From positions 181,020 to 245,019 of the forward strand of contig JQIT01000002.1 in assembly GCA_000830255.1 (NCBI GenBank): DNA of 64,000 nucleotides, in the 5' to 3' direction. The translations under genes were made by a program, and so were the position numbers. The DNA is from Sulfuricurvum sp. PC08-66 (GTDB lineage: Bacteria > Campylobacterota > Campylobacteria > Campylobacterales > Sulfurimonadaceae). The notes below the pieces were generated by a model that was not told the origin of the DNA, did not search any database, and saw only the letters and a list, made by a program, of their open reading frames with translations. Below are positions 38,147 to 47,066 of this stretch, one piece after another (position 1 is the first letter of the stretch; each line of letters begins with the position of its first letter).

Positions 38147-39376
38147 TTACTCCTGACTCAAAAAAGATAGTTTAGGTCCACGTACATTGATGAACTGTTG
38201 TAGAGGTTGTTGAACTTTGCCCGCTTTTGCATTGGCTTTCAAATCCTCAAAAATAGCCATGAAATGAGCAATAGTAATATCACGACCACCCAATCCATAA
38301 ACATAATTGTTCATTACAGGTGCTTTGTCCATTTGCACGATAACACCTGCCAACTCATTGTATAACGCTCCCACAGTTCCGTTAGGAGAGCTTCTATCCA
38401 TTGCAGCAACTGCTTTGAGGTTTTTAATCATTGCTTTTATTTCATTGAAAGGGAAAGGGCGAAGGACACGAATACCTACAACACCCGCTTTTACACCCTC
38501 AGCACGCAATTTTTCAACTGCTACTTGGGCTGTTTTGACAGCTGTCCCAATCGCTACCACTGCAACTTCAGCATCTTCCATATGATAACCCTCGACGAGG
38601 TTGAAAGTACGTCCTGTCAATTTTTTGAAGTCAGCAAAAACCTCTTTGATTTTCGGATGTACTTTGGTCATAAGGTCGTTGTGTTGGCGCGCTTTGTGTT
38701 CGAAGTGCCAATCCTCTTCGGTTTGAACACCGTACGATACAGGTTTTTCAAAATCCAACATTGCATTAAAAGGTTTAAATTCGCCTACAAAGTTATACGC
38801 CACATCGTCCGTCAATGTACGTACACCCATCGCTGTGTGTGAAGTCATAAAACCATCTTGGTGCACCATAACAGGCAGACGAATTCCGTGGTCTTCACCA
38901 ATACGAAATGCACAGAGTGCCAAATCGTATGCATCTTGGGCATTAAATGCACAAATTTGAATCCATCCGCTGTCACGACCCAAATACATATCTGAATGGT
39001 CGCCATTGACGTTGAGCGGAGAAGCAAGTGCACGATTGACTACATTGAGCACGATTGGTAGACGCATACCCGAAGCTTGGTAAAGCGTCTCGACCATAAG
39101 TGCAAACCCTTGACTTGAAGTCGCAGTCGATACACGCCCACCTGCAGCTGAAGCACCAATACATCCTGACATTGCAGCATGCTCAGACTCCACCATGACA
39201 AACTCGCCATCGATATAGCCATTTGCCAAAAAGTTGGCGTAGTTTTCTACGATAGGCGTAGAAGGAGTAATCGGGTAGGCAGCAACAACATCAATTTGTG
39301 CTTGGCGCAACGCTTGCGCAGCCGCCATATTCCCATCCCAAACTTCAACATCTCTTAGTTCCATTTTTTCAGCCAT
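38147..39376 (-). CDS. porA: Pyruvate:ferredoxin oxidoreductase, alpha subunit
   Basis: Start trimmed to MAEKMELRDVEVWDGNMAAAQAL...AAYPITPSTPIVE.... Its ATG overlaps the porD stop by 8 nt. Confidence 0.9.
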   Translation of the reverse strand: MAEKMELRDVEVWDGNMAAAQALRQAQIDVVAAYPITPSTPIVENYANFLANGYIDGEFVMVESEHAAMSGCIGASAAGGRVSTATSSQGFALMVETLYQASGMRLPIVLNVVNRALASPLNVNGDHSDMYLGRDSGWIQICAFNAQDAYDLALCAFRIGEDHGIRLPVMVHQDGFMTSHTAMGVRTLTDDVAYNFVGEFKPFNAMLDFEKPVSYGVQTEEDWHFEHKARQHNDLMTKVHPKIKEVFADFKKLTGRTFNLVEGYHMEDAEVAVVAIGTAVKTAQVAVEKLRAEGVKAGVVGIRVLRPFPFNEIKAMIKNLKAVAAMDRSSPNGTVGALYNELAGVIVQMDKAPVMNNYVYGLGGRDITIAHFMAIFEDLKANAKAGKVQQPLQQFINVRGPKLSFLSQE

Positions 39377-39767
39377 TGTTCTTCTCCTGATCTTTTTGAG
39401 GCCATGCTGCCAAAACTTCCTCTTCATCTTTGCCTTCTGCAACCATCATCAACGATTTTGGATTGGTAGGACATACCTCTACACAAATACCACACCCTTT
39501 ACAGTGATCATAATCGACGCCGACCATTTTTTTGTCGCGTGAAATTATCGATACATCTGGGCAGTAAATCCAGCAAAATTGACAATCGATGCAGTACTCT
39601 TTGTTAAATACTGGCTTTTCTATACGCCAATCCGAGACACTCGCCGTAAACGAACTCGAGGGTGAATAGGGGCGATCTTCTGAGTGAATCTCACTGATGT
39701 TACCTACCTTCTCATTGAACGTAAAAAGAATTGCGCCTGCGTCAAACTCATTCCAACCTTTATTCAT
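39369..39767 (-). CDS. porD: Pyruvate:ferredoxin oxidoreductase, delta subunit (2x[4Fe-4S] ferredoxin)
   Basis: 132 aa. CIDCQFCWIYCP...CKGCGICVEVCP. Confidence 0.9.
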   Translation of the reverse strand: MNKGWNEFDAGAILFTFNEKVGNISEIHSEDRPYSPSSSFTASVSDWRIEKPVFNKEYCIDCQFCWIYCPDVSIISRDKKMVGVDYDHCKGCGICVEVCPTNPKSLMMVAEGKDEEEVLAAWPQKDQEKNNG

Positions 39768-39778
39768 CTGTCGCTCCC

Positions 39779-40336
39779 TTACTTCACTTCATCGTATGCA
39801 CGCTGAATGGCAATCATATTCGCATCGATAATTTTTTGTGGCAATTTGCCAAGTACTTTTGTAATTTTTTCTTTGAAAAACTCAATATCATACATGCCTG
39901 AAATCTTCATAAACGCACCCAGCATAGGTGTATTGGGGATAGGTTTGCCGATAGTCTCTTGCGCTATGGCAATACAATCGACGGTGAAAACACGTCTGCC
40001 TTCCAATTTTGGCTGAGATTTAATAAGCTCTTGCGTACTCATGGGAGTTGTAATAATAAACGTCGTATCTAGTTTTTCATCTTTTGTAATATCAGATGAA
40101 TATACGAGCGCTGGGTCAATCACCAGAACATAGTCTGGTTTCATAAATTTTTCAAAATTGAGTATTTCTGAATCATCCACACGGTTATAGGCTGTCATTG
40201 CCGCGCCACGCTTGGCTGAGCCGTAAAATGCAAACGCTTGGACATATTTGCCCGTGGTTGAAACGACATCCGCCAACCCTTTTGCTCCTGTGACTGCACC
40301 CTGACCTGCACGGCTGTGCCATCTAATTTCTAACAT
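39779..40336 (-). CDS. porG: Pyruvate:ferredoxin oxidoreductase, gamma subunit
   Basis: 185 aa. MLEIRWHSRAGQGAVTGAKGLADVV... with the GQG motif of POR gamma. Confidence 0.9.
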   Translation of the reverse strand: MLEIRWHSRAGQGAVTGAKGLADVVSTTGKYVQAFAFYGSAKRGAAMTAYNRVDDSEILNFEKFMKPDYVLVIDPALVYSSDITKDEKLDTTFIITTPMSTQELIKSQPKLEGRRVFTVDCIAIAQETIGKPIPNTPMLGAFMKISGMYDIEFFKEKITKVLGKLPQKIIDANMIAIQRAYDEVK

Positions 40337-40449
40337 CGATTCTCTCCCTTCAAAGAGCTATTTAGCCTATATTGTATTCTATAGAAGGGGGTCTTAAATA
40401 TACCTTACCACGTATTTGAGACAAAATTTATCAAAAATATGTTGCGCAA

Positions 40450-41124
40450 TTACTCATTCTTGCATTCATGTGTTATTTTTTCAATATTTTTAACAGCTTC
40501 AAACGCATTTAGCGCAATTTTATCTGTATATTTTTGTAACACTTCGCCACTTTCGTAACCAGAGGTAACAGCATACCCAGAGCACTTTGCGTTAGATGCA
40601 CATAAAATATCCAAATGCGTATCTCCTATAAGCCAAGTGTTTAGATTTGTAACACCTAATTGCGCCATTGCCTTGAGTAATGGCTCTGCGTTTGGCTTTG
40701 GTTGCGTGACATCCTCTCGTCCGATGAGCACTTCAAAAGCATCCATAAATCCAAAATGTTGCAATAAAATACGTGAATACTCTCCCGTTTTGGTCGTCAC
40801 GACACCCAATCGTGCAAATGTTTGCGCATATCGTACCGCCTCTTTTGCATAGGGAAGTAACACTGTTTTTTGTGTAGCAATCGTACGATAGTGGTTTTTG
40901 TAGTTCCCTACAAACGTCATGACTTCAGCTTCTGGAATGCCCAAACGTCCATACATCACATCCAAAGGATGCCCTATTAGAGAAAGAATGGCGGCATCGT
41001 TGGGTCTAGCAATATTTGCCTGCTTAAACGTGTGATGAAAACTCTCCAAAATCGCCTCTGTTGAGTCAATGAGCGTTCCATCTAAATCAAAAAATAGTGT
41101 TGTCATTACTCCTCTTTTTTCCAC
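40450..41124 (-). CDS. HAD-family hydrolase (phosphoglycolate phosphatase-like)
   Basis: 224 aa. Motif I FFDLDGTLIDS. The start is probably the Met at MTTLFF. Confidence 0.8.
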   Translation of the reverse strand: MEKRGVMTTLFFDLDGTLIDSTEAILESFHHTFKQANIARPNDAAILSLIGHPLDVMYGRLGIPEAEVMTFVGNYKNHYRTIATQKTVLLPYAKEAVRYAQTFARLGVVTTKTGEYSRILLQHFGFMDAFEVLIGREDVTQPKPNAEPLLKAMAQLGVTNLNTWLIGDTHLDILCASNAKCSGYAVTSGYESGEVLQKYTDKIALNAFEAVKNIEKITHECKNE

Positions 41125-42608
41125 TCAATAATATTATGCTCCAATCCCACAATGGAGGGTCGAATCGGCGATATCGTTCGCTTGACTGCCACAATATCAT
41201 TGGGAATATAGAGAAATACGTAGGGATTTGCCTCTACAATTTTGGCAAAAATCTCTCGATAGAGCGCACCAAACTTCTCTCTATCGACGACCGATTGCGC
41301 CTCTTCTATGAGTGCATCGACAGATGCATCACGAAAACTGACCAGATTAAAACCCCCACTTTGCATACCATCAGAGTGCCAAAGTGCATAAGCATCAGGC
41401 AATATGGAGAGACTCCATCCTAACAAAATAGCATCAAAAGCTTTGGGATGCACGACTGTATTTAAAAAGGCTTGCCACTCTACCGCACGTATCGAGACCT
41501 CGACGCCTACACGACTTAGCTGATTTTGGAGGATTTGGGCTGCTGCCATACGTGTAGGGTTGGCACTGTTTGTCGCAATCTCAAAACGCAACGGATTGCT
41601 CGTACTGTAACCGTGCTTTGCCAAGAGCGCTTTAGCTTTTTGAGGATTGTAGGTGGGCTTTGCATAGGCATCATTGTAGGCGTTAGTCGAGGGTAAAAAG
41701 GGACCATAACATTGTGTACCATGACCAAAAAAGAGAATATCAACCAACTCTTTTTTATCGATAGCCGCTGCAATTGCCTCACGAATATCGCTCTCTTGAA
41801 AGAGTGGTTTTGCCAAATTAAAGCCCAAATAGGTATAGGCTTTAGCGCTCTCCTCTACAATTTGATAGGTTTCAAAAAAGCTTGGCTTTACCTTTTTGGC
41901 TAACTGCATAGCATCCAATCCATACAAATCCAAAACACCTTTTTGCGCCAAATAAAAGGAGGTGGAAGGATCGGGAATAATAGAAAAAACAAGCTCTTTT
42001 ATCGATGGCACACCCTCATAATAGGCCTCATTTGCCACCAATCGAATCTCTTTGGAGAGCTCAATTTTTTCCATTTTGTAGGGACCCGTACCAACAGGAT
42101 GAGTGTTAAAAATACTTGTCAAAGGAGAGGAATCATTTTCGAGCAGATGTTTGGGAAGTATTCCCATCATCCAGATTTCTAGCATTTTGAAATAGGGTTT
42201 TTTATAGTGCACGATGAGTGTATGGTCATCGATAATCTCGATTTTTTCTACCGCTTCAAAATCGTGTGCAAAGGGCGTCGATACTTTGGGGTTATGCAAA
42301 AAATCAAAGGTAAAAGCAACATCCCACGCCCCAAAAGGGTGTCCATCATGCCATTTAACTCCACGACGCAATGCAAAAAGTACTCTCTTTTCGTCCAAAC
42401 GCTCAAAATCGAGCGCCAAATCCCCTACAACAGAGGCATTTTCATCGTATTTAAGAAGTCCTGAAAAAATATAGCCGCTTATTTTGCTACTAGCAGTGTC
42501 TGTAGCCAAAAGAGGATTGAGTCTCGCGGGGTTTGAAGAGAGAGTCTGATAAAGCGTCGAGGCATGAAGCCAAAAAGGCAAGAGGAGGAGAAAAAAGATT
42601 CTTATCAC
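41106..42608 (-). CDS. ABC transporter substrate-binding protein, family 5 (peptide/nickel type)
   Basis: 500 aa. Signal peptide, ...TLYQTLSSNPARLNPLLATDTASSKISGYIFSGLLKYDEN.... Typical SBP_bac_5 layout. Confidence 0.85.
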   Translation of the reverse strand: MIRIFFLLLLPFWLHASTLYQTLSSNPARLNPLLATDTASSKISGYIFSGLLKYDENASVVGDLALDFERLDEKRVLFALRRGVKWHDGHPFGAWDVAFTFDFLHNPKVSTPFAHDFEAVEKIEIIDDHTLIVHYKKPYFKMLEIWMMGILPKHLLENDSSPLTSIFNTHPVGTGPYKMEKIELSKEIRLVANEAYYEGVPSIKELVFSIIPDPSTSFYLAQKGVLDLYGLDAMQLAKKVKPSFFETYQIVEESAKAYTYLGFNLAKPLFQESDIREAIAAAIDKKELVDILFFGHGTQCYGPFLPSTNAYNDAYAKPTYNPQKAKALLAKHGYSTSNPLRFEIATNSANPTRMAAAQILQNQLSRVGVEVSIRAVEWQAFLNTVVHPKAFDAILLGWSLSILPDAYALWHSDGMQSGGFNLVSFRDASVDALIEEAQSVVDREKFGALYREIFAKIVEANPYVFLYIPNDIVAVKRTISPIRPSIVGLEHNIIEWKKEE

Positions 42609-42644
42609 TCAAAACTCCTCTGCACTATTTGTGTAAGCACCAAA

Positions 42645-42683
42645 ATACTCACAAAAATAGTGCCAGCAGAGCCAAAGCTCTGC
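42645..42683 (-). terminator. Rho-independent terminator after rplM-rpsI
   Basis: Minus-strand transcript GCAGAGC-uuug-GCUCUGC (7-bp GC-rich perfect stem) followed by UAUUUUUGU, 17 nt after the rpsI stop. Confidence 0.5.
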
Positions 42684-42699
42684 AAAGATAGAAACGTGA

Positions 42700-43089
42700 T
42701 TAGCGTTTGCTAAATTGGCGACTACGACGTGCTTTGCGTTTACCGTATTTTTTACGTTCAACAACACGTGAATCACGTGTAAGAAGACCTTGAGGTTTGA
42801 GCGTGGCACGGAATCCCTCATCGTAAGAGACCAATGCACGGCTAATACCGTGACGTACAGCATCCGCTTGACCAGAAAAACCACCACCCATAACTGTAGC
42901 GATAATATCTACAGATTGCTCTTGTTTTGCAAGTGCCAAGGGTTGCATAACGCGTTTTTTCTTCGCTTCCAATCCACCCAACCAAGCATCAAGTGAAAGA
43001 CCGTTGACGACTACTTTACCAGTACCAGGTGTAAGCCACACTTTGGCAATTGAGCTTTTGCGCTTACCAGTTGCATACGATTTTCTCAT
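42700..43089 (-). CDS. rpsI: 30S ribosomal protein S9
   Basis: 129 aa. ...[23 protein letters not shown]... with a C-terminal ...RRSRQFSKR. Confidence 0.95.
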   Translation of the reverse strand: MRKSYATGKRKSSIAKVWLTPGTGKVVVNGLSLDAWLGGLEAKKKRVMQPLALAKQEQSVDIIATVMGGGFSGQADAVRHGISRALVSYDEGFRATLKPQGLLTRDSRVVERKKYGKRKARRSRQFSKR

Positions 43090-43099
43090 TCTTTGTTCC

Positions 43100-43522
43100 T
43101 TACTTGTTTACTTGTGCAGAGTGCGGGTGTTCAGCACTTGCATAGACTTTGAGTTTTTTGAGCATCTCTTTGCCCAATTTTGTTTTGGGCAACATACCGC
43201 GAGTAGCCAAGCGGTACAATTTTTCAGGGTTTGTTTGGAACAATTGCTCCAATTTTTCAGTTTTTACTGAACCGAAGTAACCTGAGTGTGTGTGGTACTG
43301 CTTGTTTTCCATTTTGTTGGCACCGTTAAACTTGGCTTTGCCAGCGTTTACGATAACGACATAATCACCACAATCGACGTTTGGTGTAAAGTAAGGCTTG
43401 TTTTTACCACGTAAAATCGAAGCCACTTCTGTAATCATACGACCAAAAGTTTTGTCCGTTGCATCTACTACAATCCAATCACGTTTAATTTGATCGGGTG
43501 TAGCAATTTTTGTAAATTTCAT
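43100..43522 (-). CDS. rplM: 50S ribosomal protein L13
   Basis: Start trimmed to [28 protein letters not shown]. Confidence 0.95.
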   Translation of the reverse strand: MKFTKIATPDQIKRDWIVVDATDKTFGRMITEVASILRGKNKPYFTPNVDCGDYVVIVNAGKAKFNGANKMENKQYHTHSGYFGSVKTEKLEQLFQTNPEKLYRLATRGMLPKTKLGKEMLKKLKVYASAEHPHSAQVNK

Positions 43523-43721
43523 GAGTTTACCCTTCCTAGATAGCATTTTTCAGCGCCTCAAAAGGGCTTTGAAAATCTGGTCGAATTATACGTATTAATT
43601 ATTATAAACAACTTAATTTAAGTTTCTTATAAAAATTAACTTCGCGCTTTGTCAGTCGCAATTTATGAAAATCATATTACCATTCGAAACCTAAAAGAAT
43701 TTACCCTCAAAGGACTCCCCT

Positions 43722-43937
43722 ATGTTTCACGAAGATAGAGAAATCGTATCCACCCTCAAACAAGAGAATAAACACTTTCACAATCTCTTTGAAAAACACA
43801 ATGCGCTAGATGACAAAATCGCCAACGAAGCTGCTCACCTTAGTGATGCAGAGCTTGAGACACTCAAAAAACAAAAACTTAAACTCAAAGATGAGATGCA
43901 TACTATGATTAATGAGTACAAAAAGAGCGCTCATTAA
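43722..43937 (+). CDS. DUF465 (YdcH-like) family protein
   Basis: 71 aa. ...HNLFEKHNALDDKIANEAAHLSDAELETLKKQKLKLKDEM... is the typical DUF465 helical signature. Confidence 0.65.
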   Translation: MFHEDREIVSTLKQENKHFHNLFEKHNALDDKIANEAAHLSDAELETLKKQKLKLKDEMHTMINEYKKSAH

Positions 43938-43943
43938 TCTCTG

Positions 43944-44558
43944 ATGGATGAAAAACAAGCACTTTTAACACAACACGCTGTTACAAGTGCCTCACATCTT
44001 CTGCTCTCGCCCTTTCTCTCGCAAGAGTGGGTCGATAGTATCGATGCTCTAGGTGCTCGCTATACCTATGTCGATGTAACCCTTCAAGGTTTTATCGATA
44101 TGCGTATGCTCACCAAAGCCATCTCAACCACCTCTGCCACACATGTTGTAGTCTCACCCTTCAACAATACACCAGAGACCCTACAAACCACACTCCCAAC
44201 TATTCACACGCCGCTTTTGCCGCGAAATGCACCTCCAGAGATACTCTCCCTCTACACCAAGCTCTTTGACGGTAATAGAGATGTCACCTATTTCGCACAC
44301 CCACAAGCTAGCTCTTTTGCGCTTTTTTTAGCGCCCTATCTTTTTTGCCCCAAAGAGGAGATTGTAGCGGCGCTACGTCAAGCAAAAATTGCCGTTTCGC
44401 TTCTGCCCAAACCTCGTGAATCACTTTTCGTAGCGCACCAAGTGTGGCAATCTTTCCTTGGACTTCCTCTGGATATCTCTCTCGATGAGGCGCAAAAGAG
44501 TGCCCAAACACTTTTAGCTATTTTGGAGCAACACGCACTGCGTCGTTGTACTTTTTGA
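43944..44558 (+). CDS. Hypothetical protein (204 aa)
   Basis: No motif recognised. Translationally coupled to the next ORF (13-nt overlap). Confidence 0.4.
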   Translation: MDEKQALLTQHAVTSASHLLLSPFLSQEWVDSIDALGARYTYVDVTLQGFIDMRMLTKAISTTSATHVVVSPFNNTPETLQTTLPTIHTPLLPRNAPPEILSLYTKLFDGNRDVTYFAHPQASSFALFLAPYLFCPKEEIVAALRQAKIAVSLLPKPRESLFVAHQVWQSFLGLPLDISLDEAQKSAQTLLAILEQHALRRCTF

Positions 44559-45157
44559 TGCACAGTCGTCTAGAGACAAATTTCGCCGCTAACATGACCG
44601 CTATCCAAGCGGTACGTCCCAAACTACACCAAAAAATTGTTGCCGCATCGGTAGCACACAGCTATGAATTGCGTGTCGTCGATGCACAAAGCGGACTCTA
44701 CAATATTCACGATACGCTTCAACAAATGCCTGTTTTCAAAGATATTTTTGAAGAGCTCAAAACCACCATCAAAGAGGTTACTCACTTTGGAGAAGAGCCT
44801 TATATCTATCTCTATGGTATCTCGAATGGGTTTATTCTCAATTTTCTCCTCCAAAACAGCATGCATCATCGCATCTGTCTCTTCGAGCCTGAATTAGAGA
44901 TGCTTTTTACCGCTATGCATCTCTACGATTTTGCTTTGGCTATTACGACGCATCGTCTTGTACTCATCGATGCCAAGCGCTTTGCACCTGAAGAGGCAAA
45001 AATAGTTCTCTCTACTGATGAGCGCGTCTGGCAAACCCAACGCCTCATACTCCTACCCAATGGCATCTACTACAAAGAACACTACAAAGAACACTACAAA
45101 GAGTTGTGGCTCAAAACAGCTCAAACGCTCGCCAACATTCTCAAAAACGTATCGTAA
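44546..45157 (+). CDS. Maf (motility accessory factor)-like N-terminal-domain protein, short form / possible gene remnant
   Basis: 203 aa. ...EEPYIYLYGISNGFILNFLLQNSMHHRICLFEPELEMLFTAMHLYDF... resembles the N-terminal region of Campylobacter/Helicobacter Maf (DUF115) proteins, which are about 600 aa. This ORF ends at 45157. It contains the 12-bp tandem repeat encoding KEHYKEHYKE. Confidence 0.4.
   Translation: MYFLMHSRLETNFAANMTAIQAVRPKLHQKIVAASVAHSYELRVVDAQSGLYNIHDTLQQMPVFKDIFEELKTTIKEVTHFGEEPYIYLYGISNGFILNFLLQNSMHHRICLFEPELEMLFTAMHLYDFALAITTHRLVLIDAKRFAPEEAKIVLSTDERVWQTQRLILLPNGIYYKEHYKEHYKELWLKTAQTLANILKNVS
45071..45103. repeat. 12-bp perfect tandem repeat (TACAAAGAACAC x2 plus a partial third copy), in frame within the CDS 44546-45157
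   Basis: Read directly: ctac TACAAAGAACAC TACAAAGAACAC TACAAAGAG. It encodes YKEHYKEHYKE. Confidence 0.8.
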
Positions 45158-47009
45158 AGCGTGCACCATAGGTGCTGTTGCTCACCTCGATAGTGCCCTG
45201 CATGCTCTCTTGTACAATTTGCTTAGCGATATGTAATCCTATGCCTGTGCCCGATGTCGCCTCTTTGGTGGTGAAAAATGGCTCAAAAATTTTATCGATA
45301 ATAGCTTCATCGATACCACCCGCATTGTCTTCAACACGAATAATTTTTTCACCCTCTACTTCATCGACTTCGATGTGTATGACAGGATCAGGAATGACAC
45401 GCTCCACCAAAACATCCTTGGCATTTTTGAGCAAGTTGATGATGACTTGATTGAGCTCATTAGGATACCCCATCATGCGCACCTCCTCTTTGGGGAGGAA
45501 AACGACACGAATATTTTTGGTCGAAAAATCGGTGTGGGTAAATTTAATCGCTTGTGCCACGACCGCTGAGATAGAAAAGGCTTTTTTCTCCTTGTCTGGC
45601 TTGTAATAGTTGAGAAAATCGCGGCTGGTTTGATTCATCAATCCTATTTGTTCATTGATACCATCGATACACTCTTGCGCCTCTTGACGCGATAGTTCAC
45701 CCAATTTCAAACTCATTTCGCTGTTGCCTACTATCGCCGCAATGGTACTCAACGGCTGTTTCCACTGGTGCGTAATACTCCCCATCATCTCACCCATGCC
45801 TGCCATACGTGATTGCAATTGGAGCATGCTATCTTTGCGCTTAACTTGTGCCTCGTAACGCAATCGCTCCTTCTCTCCAAACTGTAGGCGTGCATAAAGC
45901 GCATACGAGAAGACCAACCCTTCAATCGCAACACCAATAGCCACTCCCCATTTAGGACCGATGGGGAAATCGATAATATGCATATTGTTCAAGAGTGTCA
46001 AAACAGCAAAAAGAATAAACGTAGCATATCCAGCAGCATAAAGTCGCGCAGGTTCGTAGGAGCGTTTGTGGCTCACATAGAGTGCGTAAATAGCAATGAG
46101 AGAGACGCCCATCAATGCTACATTGATATGCCCCAACGCCTCATAGCCTTGAAAAACAACATAGCGCAACGCAAGCAAAACCAACACCACGCCATACCCC
46201 ACCATAAAATAGTGCAACCGTATATGGTGCTCTTTGATTTGCAAAAACGCGCTACTAAACAGGAGCAAAAAAAACATCGCAGTTGAGACGAATAGGATTT
46301 TGTCATACCCATTGAGCATCGCCACTTCAGGACGCACATAGGTAAAAAGCAGACCGTTATCTCCCACAATGAAGAGCAACATGAAAAACATATAGGCTAC
46401 GTATTTGGCATAGAGTGAACTACGCAAATTGATTGCCAAAATCAAATTATAGAGAATCAGCGCGACGACAATTCCTACCAATATCCCTTGTGAGACCATG
46501 CGTGTATTGCTTTGTGCCATATACCCCATGGTGTCTTGGACAAAAAAGCGCGGGATAATCTCTAGTGAGTCGATGCGCATAAAAAGCTCTACCTCTTCAT
46601 CAGGCGCCAATTGCAAGGAGACGATGGTCTCAGGAGAGGCAATGAGTCGCTGACTAAAAGGTACAAATTCACCTGACATCATTGACTCGATAGTGGTACC
46701 ACGTTTGACAAAGAAACTCACTCGGTGCAACCACATCCACTGTGCACCCAAAATCCACTCAGATAGGGCGGACTCATTGTGCAAGCGCAGGTAAAACCAA
46801 TAGGTCGATTCCCCTTTGGGCACGATGAAATGCTCTGCATCGAAGGGGATAAAGTGTGAAGCGTTTAGCGTATCGACGCTACTGCTATGAGAGGTATCTT
46901 CGTAAATTTGCAGGTGTGGAGAGAGGGAAAAATAGCCTGATTGGGTGAGAGTAAGAGGTGCTGCCCAAAGCGTTAGCGCTGTAAAAAGAAAAAGCCAAAC
47001 TTTTGCCAC
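45141..47009 (-). CDS. Sensor histidine kinase with 7TMR-DISM extracellular and 7TM domains
   Basis: 622 aa, GTG start. Signal peptide plus a periplasmic beta-sandwich-like region. Seven hydrophobic helices. HisKA (...MGSITHQWKQPLSTI...) and HATPase_c (...NLLKNAKDVL...RVEDNAGGID...GTGIGLHIAKQIV...). No response regulator is adjacent. Confidence 0.85.
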   Translation of the reverse strand: MAKVWLFLFTALTLWAAPLTLTQSGYFSLSPHLQIYEDTSHSSSVDTLNASHFIPFDAEHFIVPKGESTYWFYLRLHNESALSEWILGAQWMWLHRVSFFVKRGTTIESMMSGEFVPFSQRLIASPETIVSLQLAPDEEVELFMRIDSLEIIPRFFVQDTMGYMAQSNTRMVSQGILVGIVVALILYNLILAINLRSSLYAKYVAYMFFMLLFIVGDNGLLFTYVRPEVAMLNGYDKILFVSTAMFFLLLFSSAFLQIKEHHIRLHYFMVGYGVVLVLLALRYVVFQGYEALGHINVALMGVSLIAIYALYVSHKRSYEPARLYAAGYATFILFAVLTLLNNMHIIDFPIGPKWGVAIGVAIEGLVFSYALYARLQFGEKERLRYEAQVKRKDSMLQLQSRMAGMGEMMGSITHQWKQPLSTIAAIVGNSEMSLKLGELSRQEAQECIDGINEQIGLMNQTSRDFLNYYKPDKEKKAFSISAVVAQAIKFTHTDFSTKNIRVVFLPKEEVRMMGYPNELNQVIINLLKNAKDVLVERVIPDPVIHIEVDEVEGEKIIRVEDNAGGIDEAIIDKIFEPFFTTKEATSGTGIGLHIAKQIVQESMQGTIEVSNSTYGARFTIRF

Positions 47010-47066
47010 CGATGCCCCTTTTGTAAAGGAGCATTGTAAACAAGTTTGGCTAAAACAGTTGCAAAA

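Noticed and set aside
42609-42887. 92-aa minus-strand ORF
   Set aside because: It overlaps rpsI in a different frame and runs through the rpsI terminator hairpin, so it is spurious.
45071-45103. Short tandem repeat as a possible CRISPR or VNTR locus
   Set aside because: There are only about 2.8 copies of a 12-mer, with no spacers and no cas genes anywhere in the window, and it lies in frame inside a CDS. I kept it only as an intragenic repeat.
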